A stretch of 64,000 nt of DNA, from the NCBI RefSeq assembly GCF_037042905.1, contig NC_087252.1, forward strand, positions 17,114,001-17,178,000, written 5' to 3'. Numbering within the stretch: the first letter of the stretch is position 1; every line of letters starts with the position of its first letter. Source of the DNA: Lytechinus pictus. Taxonomy: Eukaryota. This document shows positions 26,125-40,462 of the stretch, in pieces. The position numbers and the translations under genes were made by a program. The notes under the pieces were generated by a model. That model was not told the origin of the DNA, did no database searches, and was given only the letters and a program-made list of their open reading frames with translations.

Positions 26125-27657
26125 GTAAGTAAAGACGCTCAATTTCCTTAAGGTTATCTGGGTGGTGTTCCACAGGGATCTATGTTTAACTGAATACCGC
26201 ACTTTGCTCAATTATATGCGGTATGCAATGCATTACATAACCATGCACAGAGCATGCATGCAAAGAGGATGCGAGCTACACGAGAAAGGGGGGGGGGGTG
26301 ATATTATTTGCTAGATTTGCAGCTAAACTGCTAGAGCCTCGAAACTCAAACCTATTTATAAAGGTAACTTTGCCTGAAGGGTGTACACATTTTTTCCCTG
26401 GCCTTCATAGCAGAGCGAGACTGTAGGCGCGGCTTTTCCGACGGCGGCCGCGGCGTCGTCAACATATTTATCTTAACCTAAGGTTAAGTTTTTTTAATGA
26501 CATCATAACTTAGGAAGTGTCATCATAACTTAAACAGTATATGAACCTCGTTCAGGAAACTTACACTTAAGAGCAATGAAGTATTACTGAGGTATTATAA
26601 TACTAGTATAGTATTGTAATGAAGTATTACTATTAAATATGGCCTTCATAAATGACGTGAGCGCGAAGCGCGAGGTCAAATATTTTGCTATACCCTCTAT
26701 TCAGATCTGAAAATTTAACATTCTGAACATTTCTTAAAAATCATGAACGCTATGCGTATATGGATAATGCGAGCTGAATTTATATCCCAACCTAAAAAGG
26801 GACCTGATACATATCTAACTAATCTAATAATATAAGGGAAAAGGGCGAGCTGCATTTTGTTTTTCGACCAGAAAGATGCAAGTTTTAAGCACTATAATAA
26901 AGAAAATATATGTGTCTTAATAAGAAAAATAAGAGCGAGAAAATTGTAAAGGACAGGATGCCTGACTGCGAGCTTGAATGAATTGATAAGCATATTCTGA
27001 CGTTTGTTTGCTGGTATTCATGTAGAGGATAATCTCTCTAATTCCCTTATTACTTTATTTATATCAAACATTTTTTTGTAATCATGAACAGAATGCCGAA
27101 CTCTCTCATACAAAATGAAAAGTGGAATCGCGAGCAGAATAATTTGTGCATTCACTATGAAACGGGATATTTTTTTAAATAACATCCTCCTGGGTAGATT
27201 ATTATCTGACAACGTACAAAAGCGAGCGCAAAGAGTGAGTGATTTTTTTTCCTCATTTTATATAATTATAATATAACCTGACTTTTGTTCTATTTTCAAT
27301 TTATTTACCTCATCTTCTCTCAGTCACTTTTTTCCTCTTCTTATATTTTCTTGTTATTTTTAATCTCCCTATTTTCTTTATATTTTAGATTTTATTTTAG
27401 GGAGTCCAAGAAGGGGTTGGGGTGAATCCCGTACCCTCCCGTATATCCCCCACAGCCCTTTTCACCATCAAGTATTTTCCGTTGACGTCCATTATGCGAT
27501 TATTGCGATATCTTTTCATGTAAAGGCTTATATTTCCATTATTTCATATTATAATGACTGGTCCCAATATAATTTTCAATTATCAATTATAGATATGATG
27601 CGACTACCTTGCTGAAATGAAACGAAAGGCATAAATCAAATCTACTTTTGTTTTCAG

Positions 27658-27830
27658 GTTCTAATGTATCATTGGCCAGCGGAGATACATATTATATATC
27701 TTCTCTCAACTATCCATATGCAAACTATCCAAGAGATCAAGAGGTAATTTGGCGATTCTTTCTACAAAAACCAACCTGTCAGCTGATGATTTCATTCAAG
27801 GACTTTGAACTATATCGACACATTCATAAG
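27658..27830 (+). CDS. CUB-like domain 5, N-half
   Basis: ttttcag| and AAG|gtgagt. Translates GSNVSLASGDTYYISSLNYPYANYPRDQEVIWRFFLQKPTCQLMISFKDFELYRHIHK. Confidence 0.9.
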
Positions 27831-29192
27831 GTGAGTTTATTTGGTTTTAAAATCATATTTCATTACTTCCTCATTATACATAACATATGAAAATATAATG
27901 AATAAACACGAAATCATTGCCATAATTAAATCACAATTCCCCCCCTCCCCCAAAAAAAACAAATAATAAATAAGAATGAATCTGTACATATTTATTCGAC
28001 CATTTAAGATCACAAAGGGAAAACGCAAACATACTTATAATCTACGGTATAATTAAATCTCAAGATGAACATTATTTTTTTTCCATTACAATAATATTAA
28101 ATCAAAATAAATTGAGGAAGTTATACAAATAAAAAGACACTATTCTGACTCTGATTCTATAATTGTGGAAGCGTCTGGTGCAATCAGAGGGTCATGTGTT
28201 CGAATCCCATCGTAGCCTCGCATTGCAAGGTTTCAAACCATACTTCACTACCCAGGTGTTAAATGGGTATCCATCATGTTGCGATGGTCTATGCAGTATG
28301 CCACATCGAGTCTTACCGCCTTTTCACACAGTAAAAAATCGTAATTTGAATGATTCCAGTGAGTAATAAGGATAATGACGAATATTTAGTACGTGTGAAA
28401 CCAAACTAGAACGTGATTAGAATCACGAACGCCAATCACAATCACGATTACAATAGCAATCATCATTACAATGATTTAAGATTAACGTGTAAAAAGGCCC
28501 TTAATATCTTGTTGTAATTAATGCTCTCCTGGGATTGCTTAATTAGTGAGAGAATGAAAGGATCCGATGATCGGGATAGTAACGATTACCTGTTTAGATC
28601 ACCGCAAACCTTATGACTGCTCCACGATTCGATATGGAGCCAATATTATATTGCTCATTTTCCTGAAAATGTTAATGAAAAGTAACTTTTTTTTAGGTTC
28701 AAATTAACTGAAAAATACTAATAAAACAATTTTGACTGATAGCAAGCCTTTATTTTGGAGTAAAGGCCAAATTAGTTTCAAATCGTAGCCAATCGTACGA
28801 CTGCTATGACGTCATTGTGACTAGATATCAAATTCGCTTTTATTCTAAGAAGGATGCCATTTAGCATAGAAACAGATTTGAAGATATGTAATTCATACGA
28901 TGATTTCCACCACTACACAATGAAATATACCATGTCTGAATGTTAGCATCAAACTGTACGACGTTTTAGTCCAAAATCGGATCGCAGACCAATTGAAACG
29001 TGTGCGATGTCCTTACAAAAGCAAAACATTAAACGCTAGATAATAATTATTATTATTGTGATCATTATTATCACCATTATTATTACATTTTTGTTATTAT
29101 TACTACTATTGTTGGTATTATTATTATTTTGTTAATATTATTATTAGTGTTATTGTTATCATGATTATTCTGATTATTATTCTTCTTGACAG

Positions 29193-29364
29193 CTTTCTAT
29201 CAGCAGTACATCGGAGCCACGTGATACCCTCATCGAGCTTACTGCCGACGACTCACCGGGTAATATCACATTAACATCTGATTACGTCATCATCCATTTC
29301 GAAGCGAGTTCTTTTGAAGGAGAACGGGGGTTTATGGCATTGGTTTCTAGTCTCTGTATACCAG
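29193..29364 (+). CDS. CUB-like domain 5, C-half
   Basis: cttgacag| and CAG|gtaatt, phase 0-1. Translates [57 protein letters not shown]. Confidence 0.87.
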
Positions 29365-29433
29365 GTAATTTTACCCAAATTAATAATGATTTTTTTGTGA
29401 CATGAGAAAAAAATATATTAGTGTGATTTGTTA

Positions 29434-29650
<217 letters not shown>

Positions 29651-30046
29651 TATAACAAAATATAGCTGGTGATAATGCTTTGATTGCTAATGAAGTTATT
29701 ATTCTTCTCTCGAATTTCGACGGTCCTCCGTCTTCTTCAGGAGTTTACAATGTTTTTTTTTTTTTTTTTTTTTTTTGTATCTTTTTGTCTACACTCTTTT
29801 TTTTTTCATCCTGCAGTAGTTCAGTTTTTCATTAGTACTATTATTACTTCAATATCTGACCTTTAGTTTTTTATAGTTTGTATTTTAATATGAGTATGAA
29901 TTTATTTGCCTATGATCGCGCTTGTGTGCTCATAATTGTCATGATTTCTCTTTTTGTAATGAAAATTTCCTTTTCACCTTTTGTTTTCTGGTTTCCTTTT
30001 TACTATGTAGCACTATTTTTGCTCTATCATCTGTTCTTGTATCTCG

Positions 30047-33000
30047 ATGACTCAAGTCCCAAGTGATATTGATGGCCAGGGAGAGAATGATATTGCTGAT
30101 TTCCTTAATTCTACCATGGACTCTTTCGTCTACACTGTTGATGATAATTTTGAAACTATATTGCCTTCGTCAGAGTACTTTACTATTGACAAATTTAAAA
30201 ATGGCTTTGTTAATGACAATTCATTTTCATTGTTTCATATGAATATTCGTAGTATTAATACAAACTTTGATCACTTGAACATTTTATTGCAATAATTGGT
30301 TACCAAATTTTCTGTTGTAGGCCTCTCTGAAACATGGCTCTCAGATAATAGTAACCTTTATTCTCTTCCTGGCTATCACAACCCAGTCGTCAACTGCAGG
30401 CACAACAAAACTGGCGGTGGAGTAGCATTGTTTATCTCCTCAACCTTAAAATGTCGTGTTACACCTGATCTGAATGTAATGAATCAGTCTCTTGAAACAG
30501 TTTTTGTTGAAGTGGTTATCCCTGGTCAAAGTAATTTTATTGTTGGTGTTGTTTACAGACCACCGCAAAGTAGTGTTGAGAAATTTACAGATGAGCTACA
30601 AGATCTGCTGTCAAATCCTGTACTTAATGGCAAGAGGGTTTGCTTGTTAGGTGATTTCAATGTAAACCTTATGCAGTATGGTTTCAATGCATCAGTGAAT
30701 GGTTTTTTAGATGCTCTTGCTTCTTTTAATCTTGTCCCGCTTATCAATAGACCAACGCGTGTAACCGAAAATACTTCAACATTAATAGACAACATTTTCT
30801 CTGTTGGTCAACCATCAATGAAATCATCGATCTTAATTTCTGATATTTCAGATCACTTTCCAGTAATTGCTTCTTTTCCATTAAGTATACAAAACTCAAG
30901 GAATATGAATGAAAATATTTTTTCTCGTAATTTTGGCTTTGAAAATATGCAAAGGTTCAAGTGTGATTTAAATGCAACCAATTGGAGTGTTGTCTTAAAT
31001 GAGTCTGACGTTGAAATAGCTTACAGTAAATTTCTTGAATTGTTGACAGCTCTATATGAAAAGAATTTCCCTCTCCTAAGCAAGAAACAAAAAGATAGAA
31101 GAAAATATCCTCAGATGCCTTGGGTATCCAAATCTTTATTGAAATGTATCAACAAGAAAAATAAACTATTTTGTAAGTTTAAACTAAGGAGAACATTAGG
31201 AGCGAAACAGAAATACTCTTGCTATAGGAATATTTTAACATCTGTACTACGAGACGCTAAAAAATCATTTTATGATGAAAAGTTTAAGTCAGTCTTCAAA
31301 GATATGAAGGGAACCTGGAAAATTATAAGACAAACACTAAATTCAAAACAAAAGAGTCAGGGTCCCTCTAAACTTTTAGTAGATGGGGTTTTGACTGAAG
31401 ATCATGTACAAATGAGTAACGCTTGTAATCAATTCTTCTCATCAATAGGAAATAAATTGTCATCTGGTCTTCCCGCAAGTCAAAAACTCTTCCATGATTA
31501 CCTTGGTAATCGACTTCCCTGTTCATGTTTCTTTACTCCTGTCGTTGAAAAGGAAGTGATTGACATTGTTCATAATTTGAAAACAAATAAGGCTGCTGGG
31601 TATGATTGCCTATCTAATAAGCTTATTAAAGAAGTTATTGATGTTATTGTTTCTCCTATTACTCATATATTCAATTTATCTATTGTACATGGAATCGTTT
31701 CTTTGAGTATGAAGTTGTGCCGATTTACAAAAAGGGAAACCCTCGGGAAGTTGGAAATTACCGGCCCATCTCTCTTCTTACATGTTTTTCTAAAATTCTT
31801 GAAAAGATAATTTCTGTTCGTGTTATGACATTTTTGAAAATTAATAATATTCTCACTCCTGAACAATTTGGTTTTCGTGAAAAACATACTACCTCTCATG
31901 CTCTGTTACATTTTATTGATAAAATTTCTTCCGCAAAAGATAATGGGCTACATACTGTCGGTATATTCCTAGACTACTCCAAAGCCTTCGACACGATTGA
32001 CCATGACATCATTTCGTATAAACTATCTTTCTATGGATTCCGGGGTAAGGCTTTGGAGTGGTTCAAGAGCTACCTCTCTGATAGAAAACAGTTTGTATTT
32101 TTAAATGATGTTAAGTCTCCCATGCAGTCAATTACATGTGGAGTGCCACAAGGTTCACTCCTTGGACCTATCTTATTTCTCATATATATTAATGATTTCC
32201 CTCAGTCATCAAAAATCCTTTCATTTATCCTGTTTGCAGATGACTCAAGCATATTTTTTTCTGAAAAGAACCCCTGCAATTTATTGCAAACTATCAATTC
32301 AGAATTGATTTCTGTTAACGAATGGATCATTGCTAACAGGCTTTCCTTAAATCTTGTTAAAACAAACTACATGTTATTCAGCAACACCCTAGCAACATTG
32401 CCAGATAATATTACAATCAGTGATGTTCAGATTACTGAAGTCTTGAGTACAAAATTCCTTGGGGTACACATTGATAGTAAGCTGAACTGGAAAGTTCACA
32501 TATCCTATTTATGTAAACTTCTTTCCAGAAATTCAGGAGTCATTAATTCATTGAAGAGTATATTCCCAAAAAATATTTTATGCATGTTGTACACAACTCT
32601 CATTTTGCCTTACTTGAATTATTGCATCCTTGCCTGGGGTAACGCTGCTAAAGTTCATTTAGATGGGTTATTTAAAGTCCAGAAAAGGATACTTAGACTA
32701 GTATGTGGAGTAAGTTCACGATCTCACACTAATATTTTGTTTTATGAAAACAAGTTCCTTAATTTACATGACATATTTGATCTCAACCTTGGTTGCATTA
32801 TGTATCAATTAAATGAAAGAGAACTTCCACTTGCCCTTGATTTATTATGTGTTAGAAATGACCAAATCCATTCTTACTATACAAGACAAGTTTCTTTTCT
32901 CCACTTGCCATTGGTCAAAACTAGTTTTCGGCTAAATACATTTGTTTATACAGGGCCAAAATTATGGAACTCCCTTCCTTCTTCATTGAAGCAATCAGTT

Positions 33001-33621
33001 AGCCTTAGTGTTTTTAGAAACAAGTTAAAGACCGATTTACTGAAGAAATACTTAGATCAGTAAACAAATGCCTGCTTGTTATATCTCGTCTAACTTTATA
33101 AATTGTATTCTTCCCACAATTATCTATGCAAAAATAGAGCTCTGCCTATTTTCTTTATTTTTTCCTCTTTTCTTTCTTCTTTTCGAATTTCAGATTCTTA
33201 TACTTTAGGTCTATAAATATAATGCTTGCATTCTGCATTTCACCTTTTTGTTACTTTTTAGTGTATCTTTTGTAAATATGTATATCTGTACTTTGGTTAT
33301 TTACTCCAATTTTTTGTTTGCTTGTTCTATGATGTTTTAAAATGATTGATAATGTAAGTTTTTAACATTCTGGTGGCCTATGGCCCACAAGCTAAGCTTC
33401 TTAGTAGGTCACCACGTTTTATTTCCATCTCTTCTCATGGGTGTTACTAATGTTCCATAAAAAGTAGTGCATGTATTATGTATATTATCCTGTAATTATC
33501 CTGTAATTATTTACTTTTGTTCTTTGCTATTTACTTGTATCCCAATAATTTACTGTTGTTATTATTTTTGTTTGATATCGGAATTGAAACGAAATATCAT
33601 TCATTCATTCATTCATTCATT
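30047..33621 (+). mobile_element. CR1-group (Crack/Daphne/L2-like) LINE: APE endonuclease + RT ORF2, 3' UTR, (TTCA)n tail
   Basis: EN motifs HMNIRS, LSETWL, GGGVA, VYRPP, GDFN, LIDNIF and SDH. RT motifs YRPISLL, QFGFR, FLDYSKAFD, GVPQGSLLGPILF, FADD and FLGV. One premature TAA (30293-30295) and a frameshift near 31715. The 5' boundary is uncertain. Confidence 0.95.
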
Positions 33622-33837
33622 TATCGTAGAGCGAATCCTCAGACAAATTTTGCTGTGATATCATCAGCATGTTACATACATTACTGAAGCCAATACGTGA
33701 AACCATATAGCTCCATGGTGAAACTTTGAGAGAGAGATAAATACGTTTATATACAGTGTATATACATATGTGAATAAGTATACATTGTATACTGTCCAAT
33801 GAAAATAAAAAGTATCCCTCATACGGACGAACCTTTC

Positions 33838-34118
33838 AGGCTTGATCCCACTGCATTACGGACGCAGAGAGGGTGTAAAACGGGATAATCTTTCAATCCG
33901 TTGGAAAACGTTATGAATCCGTTATGTACTCTTTGCATGCGTGTTTCATATGTTGTATATCCATCGAGCATCCGTCCACTGTGATTTCATTGTTCGCCCA
34001 TTTTGTCCATTGTCTGGAGCGGACGAAAACGGACGGAGCCACCCTGAAATTTGGCTTGTCTGCAGCTGTATCCGTTATGAATACGTTTTTCGTCCGTCGG
34101 CCAGTGGGCCCAGGCCTT
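33838..34118. mobile_element. MITE
   Basis: Imperfect TIRs aggcttgatcccactg / cagtgggcccaggcct. Confidence 0.55.
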
Positions 34119-34393
34119 TACAATTTAGAATCGTCCACATATTTCGACTTCCCCTATGCACGAAACCGAATGTTTTGTTAAATAAGGACGTATGTTCTTG
34201 AATTTTTGTTTCATATTCTATTTGTTGTTAATTTTCGTCTTACCTTTGTCGCCTTTATCGAGCAATTTTCTTCAGACGACGTTCGACTCCTCGACAGTCG
34301 CAACCAATTTTTTACTAGCTTTTTCGCTGTTGATATTATATCAAAATTGATAACTTGTGATATATTTATTTTTTCAAATTCATTCACCCACAG

Positions 34394-34426
34394 ATGCGAC
34401 GCCTGAACCTCTCATAGATGCAGAAG
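34394..34426 (+). CDS. 33-nt linker micro-exon (DATPEPLIDAE)
   Basis: cccacag| and AAG|gtgagt, phase 1-1. Shares PxIDA with micro-exon 26095-26124. Confidence 0.82.
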
Positions 34427-34836
34427 GTGAGTGTGTAATGCAGCGCTAAACGCCTTTATACAGGATGATGACTATGATGATGATGATGACAAAAAATAAT
34501 AATAATAGTAATAATGATTAAACTAATAATAATATTTGTGTGTGTGTGTGTGTGTGTATTTGAGTTTTGTCAAACGTGTATCAATCAGATATGATTATTT
34601 ACGTATGGGACCGACCTTTAACGTCACCATCCGATAGACGTGACCAGGGCTCGAACCTCGAACCTCTGCATCAATTTGTAACTTCCCCACATAGCTTGGA
34701 TTACAGGCGCACGCCACAATGCCCAGTTAATAATAATAATAACATTACTAATAATATTAGTAATAGATAATAATAATATTAGTAATAGTAGTAATATAAA
34801 TAATGATAAAAATATTAATAATAATGATAATAATGA

Positions 34837-34837
<1 letters not shown>

Positions 34838-34878
<41 letters not shown>

Positions 34879-34922
34879 TACTACTACTACTACTTCTTCT
34901 ACTACTACTACTACTACTACTA
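34838..34922. repeat. (CTA)n microsatellite
   Basis: Visible triplet run. Confidence 0.9.
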
Positions 34923-36016
34923 ATTATGAAAATGGTGAATTTGGTGGCGCAGATTCAATAAAAACTGCCCTATGTTTATAATCTAAGTTTAAATATGCAT
35001 AATACTGTAAGATTATTACTTCAATTTCTGTGTAAGCCTTTAGGTTGATGTTAATTGATTATTTTTCATGATATTTGTGTTGATATGTTGTAATTGAATT
35101 GTATGCAGCTATTTTTAATATTTATGTATATGGAATTGATTTTGTTGACAATTTAATGACCATTCCGGGGTCAATAAAATATCTTTAAAAAACTGCCCTA
35201 CATACCATTTATAGCTCTCTAATACAACAACAATAAATAATGAGTTTAGATGATTCTGCTGATGTATTAGGTCGTAGATGGGCTAATAAATTGTTCCACA
35301 ATTTGGGATCACCGAATTCAAAACTAGATTACCCCCCCCCCTTAACATGTTAAAGCAACTCTCAGAATATGTAAGATTGAAGTGTCTTTACGAGAACGAA
35401 TGGGTTAGGCATTGGACTCTTATAGAGGGTGTTTACAAAAGCACTTGATAAGTCAAAAACACCATGCAATATGTAGTCCGGAACCCTATTCGAGGGACCA
35501 TTCCGAAGTCATCAGTCTTTGTTTCTAGTTCGTAATATTGCTCTCATATTATCACGGCTTTGGTAAGGAAGGAAAATAAAGCTAGGAAAAACAAAAAAAA
35601 TCATTTTTTAAAGCTCTGGGAATTGAATAGTGAAAATGTATCTCGTATATATATATATATATATTTATATATACGAGATACATTTTCATCTTTCATATAT
35701 ATAAATATATATATATTTATATATAAAGATTTGCCAAAGCTGTTGTACATGTATAATTTCACACATTTATTTATAAATATATATATAAATATACAGTATA
35801 TATATATATATATACATATATATGCCTTTTATAGTCGATGTAACTTAACGAAATTTCAAGACAGTATAGCTTTCTGTATAGCTTTCAGTATAAGGTGATG
35901 ACTTCAGTCTCTCAAATGGTAAATTATATGTCCCTTCCCATTTCTTATGCTTTTTTTTTTTTTTTTTTGTAGGTTTTTGTAAAATAAATATTCGGTACTT
36001 TCTTTCTTTTTTCGAG

Positions 36017-36189
36017 GTGGTAGCTTTAATCTATCTGATGGTCAGATGTTTTCCATATCATCACCCAACTACCCTTATGGGAGATATCCAGAAAGACAGG
36101 ACATCACGTGGTCCTTCTATCTTCCACATCAAAACTGTCGATTAAACATCACATTCCAAGATTTCCATACCGAAAGTGGGTATGACAAG
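36017..36189 (+). CDS. CUB-like domain 6, N-half
   Basis: Translates GGSFNLSDGQMFSISSPNYPYGRYPERQDITWSFYLPHQNCRLNITFQDFHTESGYDK, donor AAG|gtaagt. The in-frame acceptor is an uncommon GAG. Same length (173 nt) as paralog 27658-27830. Confidence 0.87.
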
Positions 36190-37014
36190 GTAAGTAGAAG
36201 TAGTTTTTATTCTGGCGTTTCAACCAAATGACCGTCATGACCGTGGGTTCGATCTGATCCTTTTCCAGGTGATATTTTCATCCAGCAAGAAATTCATGAA
36301 CCTTGCTCTGTAATCGACCAAGCTGAGGTGACTGGCAGAGTTTTTTATTTTATTTTATTGTATTATTTTTATTATGTCTCTTTATAAAAACATATTTCAT
36401 TTTTGGAGAGTGTCGATCCTTCTTGCCCATCCCACCCCCTGTCCCGGCTTCTACTTTTCAAACGTAAAAGAGCAACTAGAAAGTAAAGGAACAATTACCC
36501 TCACCTGATAGCAGAAAAGGGTAAAAGACGCCTTGTTTACGTCATTTTTAAGACGAGTTTCGCGTCAAATTGACAAGACGTCTTAAAGACGAATACTTTC
36601 ACCAACATAAGTCGTCATATATTGACGTGATTAAGACGTCGTCAATCTTCCCTTACGGCCTCTGTTTTCCTGACTAGTACCAAGAGGTCAGATTGACATC
36701 GTGTATATAGACGTGATTATGACGTCTGTAATAATCGACTACGATGTCTTAATGACGCCTTTGCAACGTATTGCTGACCAGTATCAGACGTCATATAGAC
36801 GTCATATGTCGACATGATTATGACGTTTTTAATTGTCGACTACGACGTCTTAATGACGCCTTTGTAATCCATTCCTGACCAGTATTAGATGTCTTATTGA
36901 TGTATAAAGGGCTGCAGACCCCCTTTCCATAAACTTCTATATGAACATTAAAAAATTAAATTTTATTGTGTTGTTGTTTATTAAAGCGTAATATACTATT
37001 AAAATCTATTCATC

Positions 37015-37176
37015 TAGGGCCCTTTTCATAAAGGACTTGCAACTGTTGTGACTTTGCCATTATGGCAACTACCATGGAAACCTTGATTCTGATTGGCTGC
37101 TGAGCCATGTTATCATGGTAGTTGCCATTATAACAAAGTTACAACAGTTGCAAGTCTTTTATGAAACGGGCCCCTG
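37015..37176. mobile_element. Palindromic MITE
   Basis: agggcccttttcataaaggacttgcaactgttg ... caacagttgcaagtcttttatgaaacgggcccct. Confidence 0.85.
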
Positions 37177-37191
37177 GTATTCAACATTCAG

Positions 37192-37351
37192 GTCTACATC
37201 CGGTGGCAGAACACAGAAAAAGTGTACTCCGGTGACGTCATTCCAGATCCCGTCTACGTCACATCGGACTATATCGTTATTCGCTTTACCAGTGATTTTC
37301 TCACTGGGTTCGATGGGTTTGGAGCGAACCTTGTTGCAGACTGCCAAGAAG
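37192..37351 (+). CDS. CUB-like domain 6, C-half
   Basis: cattcag| and AAG|gtagga, phase 0-1. Translates [53 protein letters not shown]. Confidence 0.9.
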
Positions 37352-37360
37352 GTAGGAATA

Positions 37361-37474
<114 letters not shown>

Positions 37475-38813
37475 CAGTGCGTATGAAAAATAAACGGGAC
37501 AGATTTGAAAAATCTATAAATTTTTTGTTTCAAATTATGTCTATATGTTAGTGTTAATAGGTGCTCTGAAGTCTTATCATTCAAATGCGATTAACAAAAT
37601 TCGTTTCGTTCATTCTTGAGCGAACATGTAATGTTTTTGTCTGGGGTTAAAAAGGAGGCATGGGCCAAAAGGGCATAAAATTATAAATATGATGATCGGA
37701 ATTCTTGCTAATGAATCAGCAGACTTCCTCTTGACCTTTTCATTATCTTTGCCATAATTATCGAATTATGCGGTAAAAATTCATTTTCAAATCTGTGTAT
37801 TTGCTTGAATTGTTCTGTTACTTGTACTTTTTAATATGTTCTCTTTTAGCTTTGAATATTCCTTTAAGCAAATTTTTTTTTTTCGATCGAAGTATGGGAG
37901 AGCGTGTATTTTTTTCAAATCCTTTCATTGTGTGCTACAAAGGTTATGGTGCCTTTGAACAGTGGCATGCAGATGGGCGGGGCTCGGGGGTGTCCCCCCC
38001 CCCTTCAATAAAAAACCCCAAAAAGTGGAAAAGAAATCAAAGAAAAGATAGAAAGTGAAATATGATTTATTTTCAAGATATGTCAAAATATATCACAAAA
38101 TTTGATATTTTAATAAAAAATGGAAATGTTTGCTTGCTCGCTTCGCTCGCTCACAACTTTTCAATACATTTTATCCGATCTGCTATATCGAGCTTCTTCA
38201 AAATTTACTCAATACACCTTTTCTATTGAAAGAAATGAATCCTTTCCTGTTTGTCTGTCAAGCATATGATTAAACTTGGTCTAGGAATTAATAACCTCTT
38301 GAAAATAGGTTTCATGTTTTTTAAAGGTACCATGACATAATTTGTTTCACATAATAAAAGGATTTGAATAGTTACATGTTTTCCCAATTATTAATGCAAA
38401 TCTTCTTGCCTGGGTTGGCAAAAAGTCTTCTTTTCTTACCAATGAAGGAAAATTTAAAGGTAAAATAAGTTTAGGTGAAAAAAAATAATTCAAGTAAATC
38501 AATAAATTTATAAATGAATTTGACAGCATAATTCGAAAATCGTGGCAATGATAATGAAAAGGTTAAAAGGAAGTCTACTGATTAACAGAAAATCTGATCA
38601 TCAAATTTATCATTTCTGCCATTTTGGCGCAAGTCTCTTTTTGAACCCCGACAAAAACATCCCGTGTTTGCTCAAGCATGAACAAAATTTATTTTTTTAT
38701 AATGGCATTTCAAAGATAAGATTTCAGAGCATCAGAATATACATGTCATAATTTAAAACAAATTTTGTATAGACTTTTCGAAACTGTCCCGTTTTTTTTT
38801 TTGCTACGCACTG
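37475..38813. mobile_element. Tc1/mariner-like MITE with a nested insert (~37960-38220)
   Basis: TA|cagtgcgtatgaaaaataaacgggacag ... ctgtcccgtttttttttttgctacgcactg. Confidence 0.75.
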
Positions 38814-38880
38814 TTTATTATACTGTAAATGAAGGTTGGATCACAATTCCCCCCCCCCCCAAAAAAAAAAAAAAAAATAA

Positions 38881-38912
<32 letters not shown>

Positions 38913-40462
38913 AATAATGATGAAAAAAGAAATGAAAAAAAAAATGCAAATTAGGTACGATTTGATATCATTTCATTTTTTATTTATTTCTTTTTTTCAT
39001 CGTTTGTAATTGGTTTCGAACATATTGATGAGCAATAATTCATTTAGAAAAATTCTATGTACAAAAAATGTAGTCAAGATTATAATGCAAATAGGATGGG
39101 AATTTGAGGAGGCTGATAAAAGAGTGGAGCTTGTAGGATACAGAATCCTCTTGAAAATATTTTTATAAATAGTATGGGCAAAAATGACAACTTGAGAATA
39201 ATACCAGATATTTTTAGCGCAAAAAAGATGAAAATGGGAAAGAGAAAAGGAGAAAGATTTTCCACGGTATATCAAAAAGTGTAAGCGTTTGAGTGAGAGA
39301 GGTTAAATGAATTAAATAACACATATTTATATAGTCAATTATTAATTTTTTTGCTTTATTTTCGCATTATCGTTTAGGCTATGAAGAAAGGGGCTGCCAC
39401 GGGAAAAAATGGATGAATTAATTAAGTATATCATTGACTTTCAGTGTTTAGTTTGTTTGCCAACACTTTTAGACTTTTCAAGACAGTGATGCATAGGCTA
39501 TATTGTTAGACTGCACAGTCAGAAATGTTGAAGTATTTCTGGTTAAGGAATATGAACATCTTTCAAAATATTTACCGACTAATGCTTGCGCATTAGCTGC
39601 AGGCGGTTCAGAGCCAATAGGGAGTTTTTGCATTTACTATGGAGACACTCTCTACAACGCATCGATTCCTTTGAAGATACAATCACAATGGAGAGCTGAG
39701 AGGCTTTTGTCGAAAGTTGGTGGACTGGGACCATAGATCATTCGAAGATTTTCAGCGGACGAACAATTGCATATAATGTAGTTGTCCAGAGTCAAGATAT
39801 TCCGAGGCTGTCCCGGTCTACCAACTTCTGACAAAATCCTATCAGCACTCCATTGTGATTTGACTTGCATTTTCAAAGGAATTTATGCGCTGTAGTAAAT
39901 TCGTAGTAAATTCATAGTAAATTCGAAAAGTCTGGATTTACTGAGAGTTCGGCAAACCCAGTTACAAGGGGTTACCAACGTGGCGCACAATGCTTTGTTA
40001 GACAAGCCAGATTTAAAATAGGCTGCGCTATGGGGGTGAGCCAATGAAACCGGTTTTGTCGAACTCTCTCGATTAATAGGGATATTTTGCAACACTACCC
40101 AGACGCTTTCTGGAGTGTTGACAATCTATTGTCAAAAGCCCTTAATGCCAAAGCAGCCTCTGTCAAAAATCGGTGAATCAAAACGGCACTGTCTTCCTGG
40201 ACTCTGTCGAACAAACGCAATATTTGCAAGTGTTCGTCAGCTCCGAATTGTAGGACGATCTGCTGTCCCGGTCCACCAATTTCAACAATGAATTCTAAGC
40301 TTTCATTTTGATTTGAAGGGGATTTTTAAAACACATTATCAATGTTCCTGAAAGCGTAGTGGTGGCGACTAAACTCGCGCTCTGAGGCGGTCGTTGGTAC
40401 CTTTAACATGGTTACTACAATCCATTCTTTTTTGTTTGTTTAATATAATTTTTTTTGGGCAG

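Noticed and set aside
35475..35520. Second hammerhead (minus-strand CUGAUGA plus hairpin)
   Set aside because: No GAAA core follows the stem.
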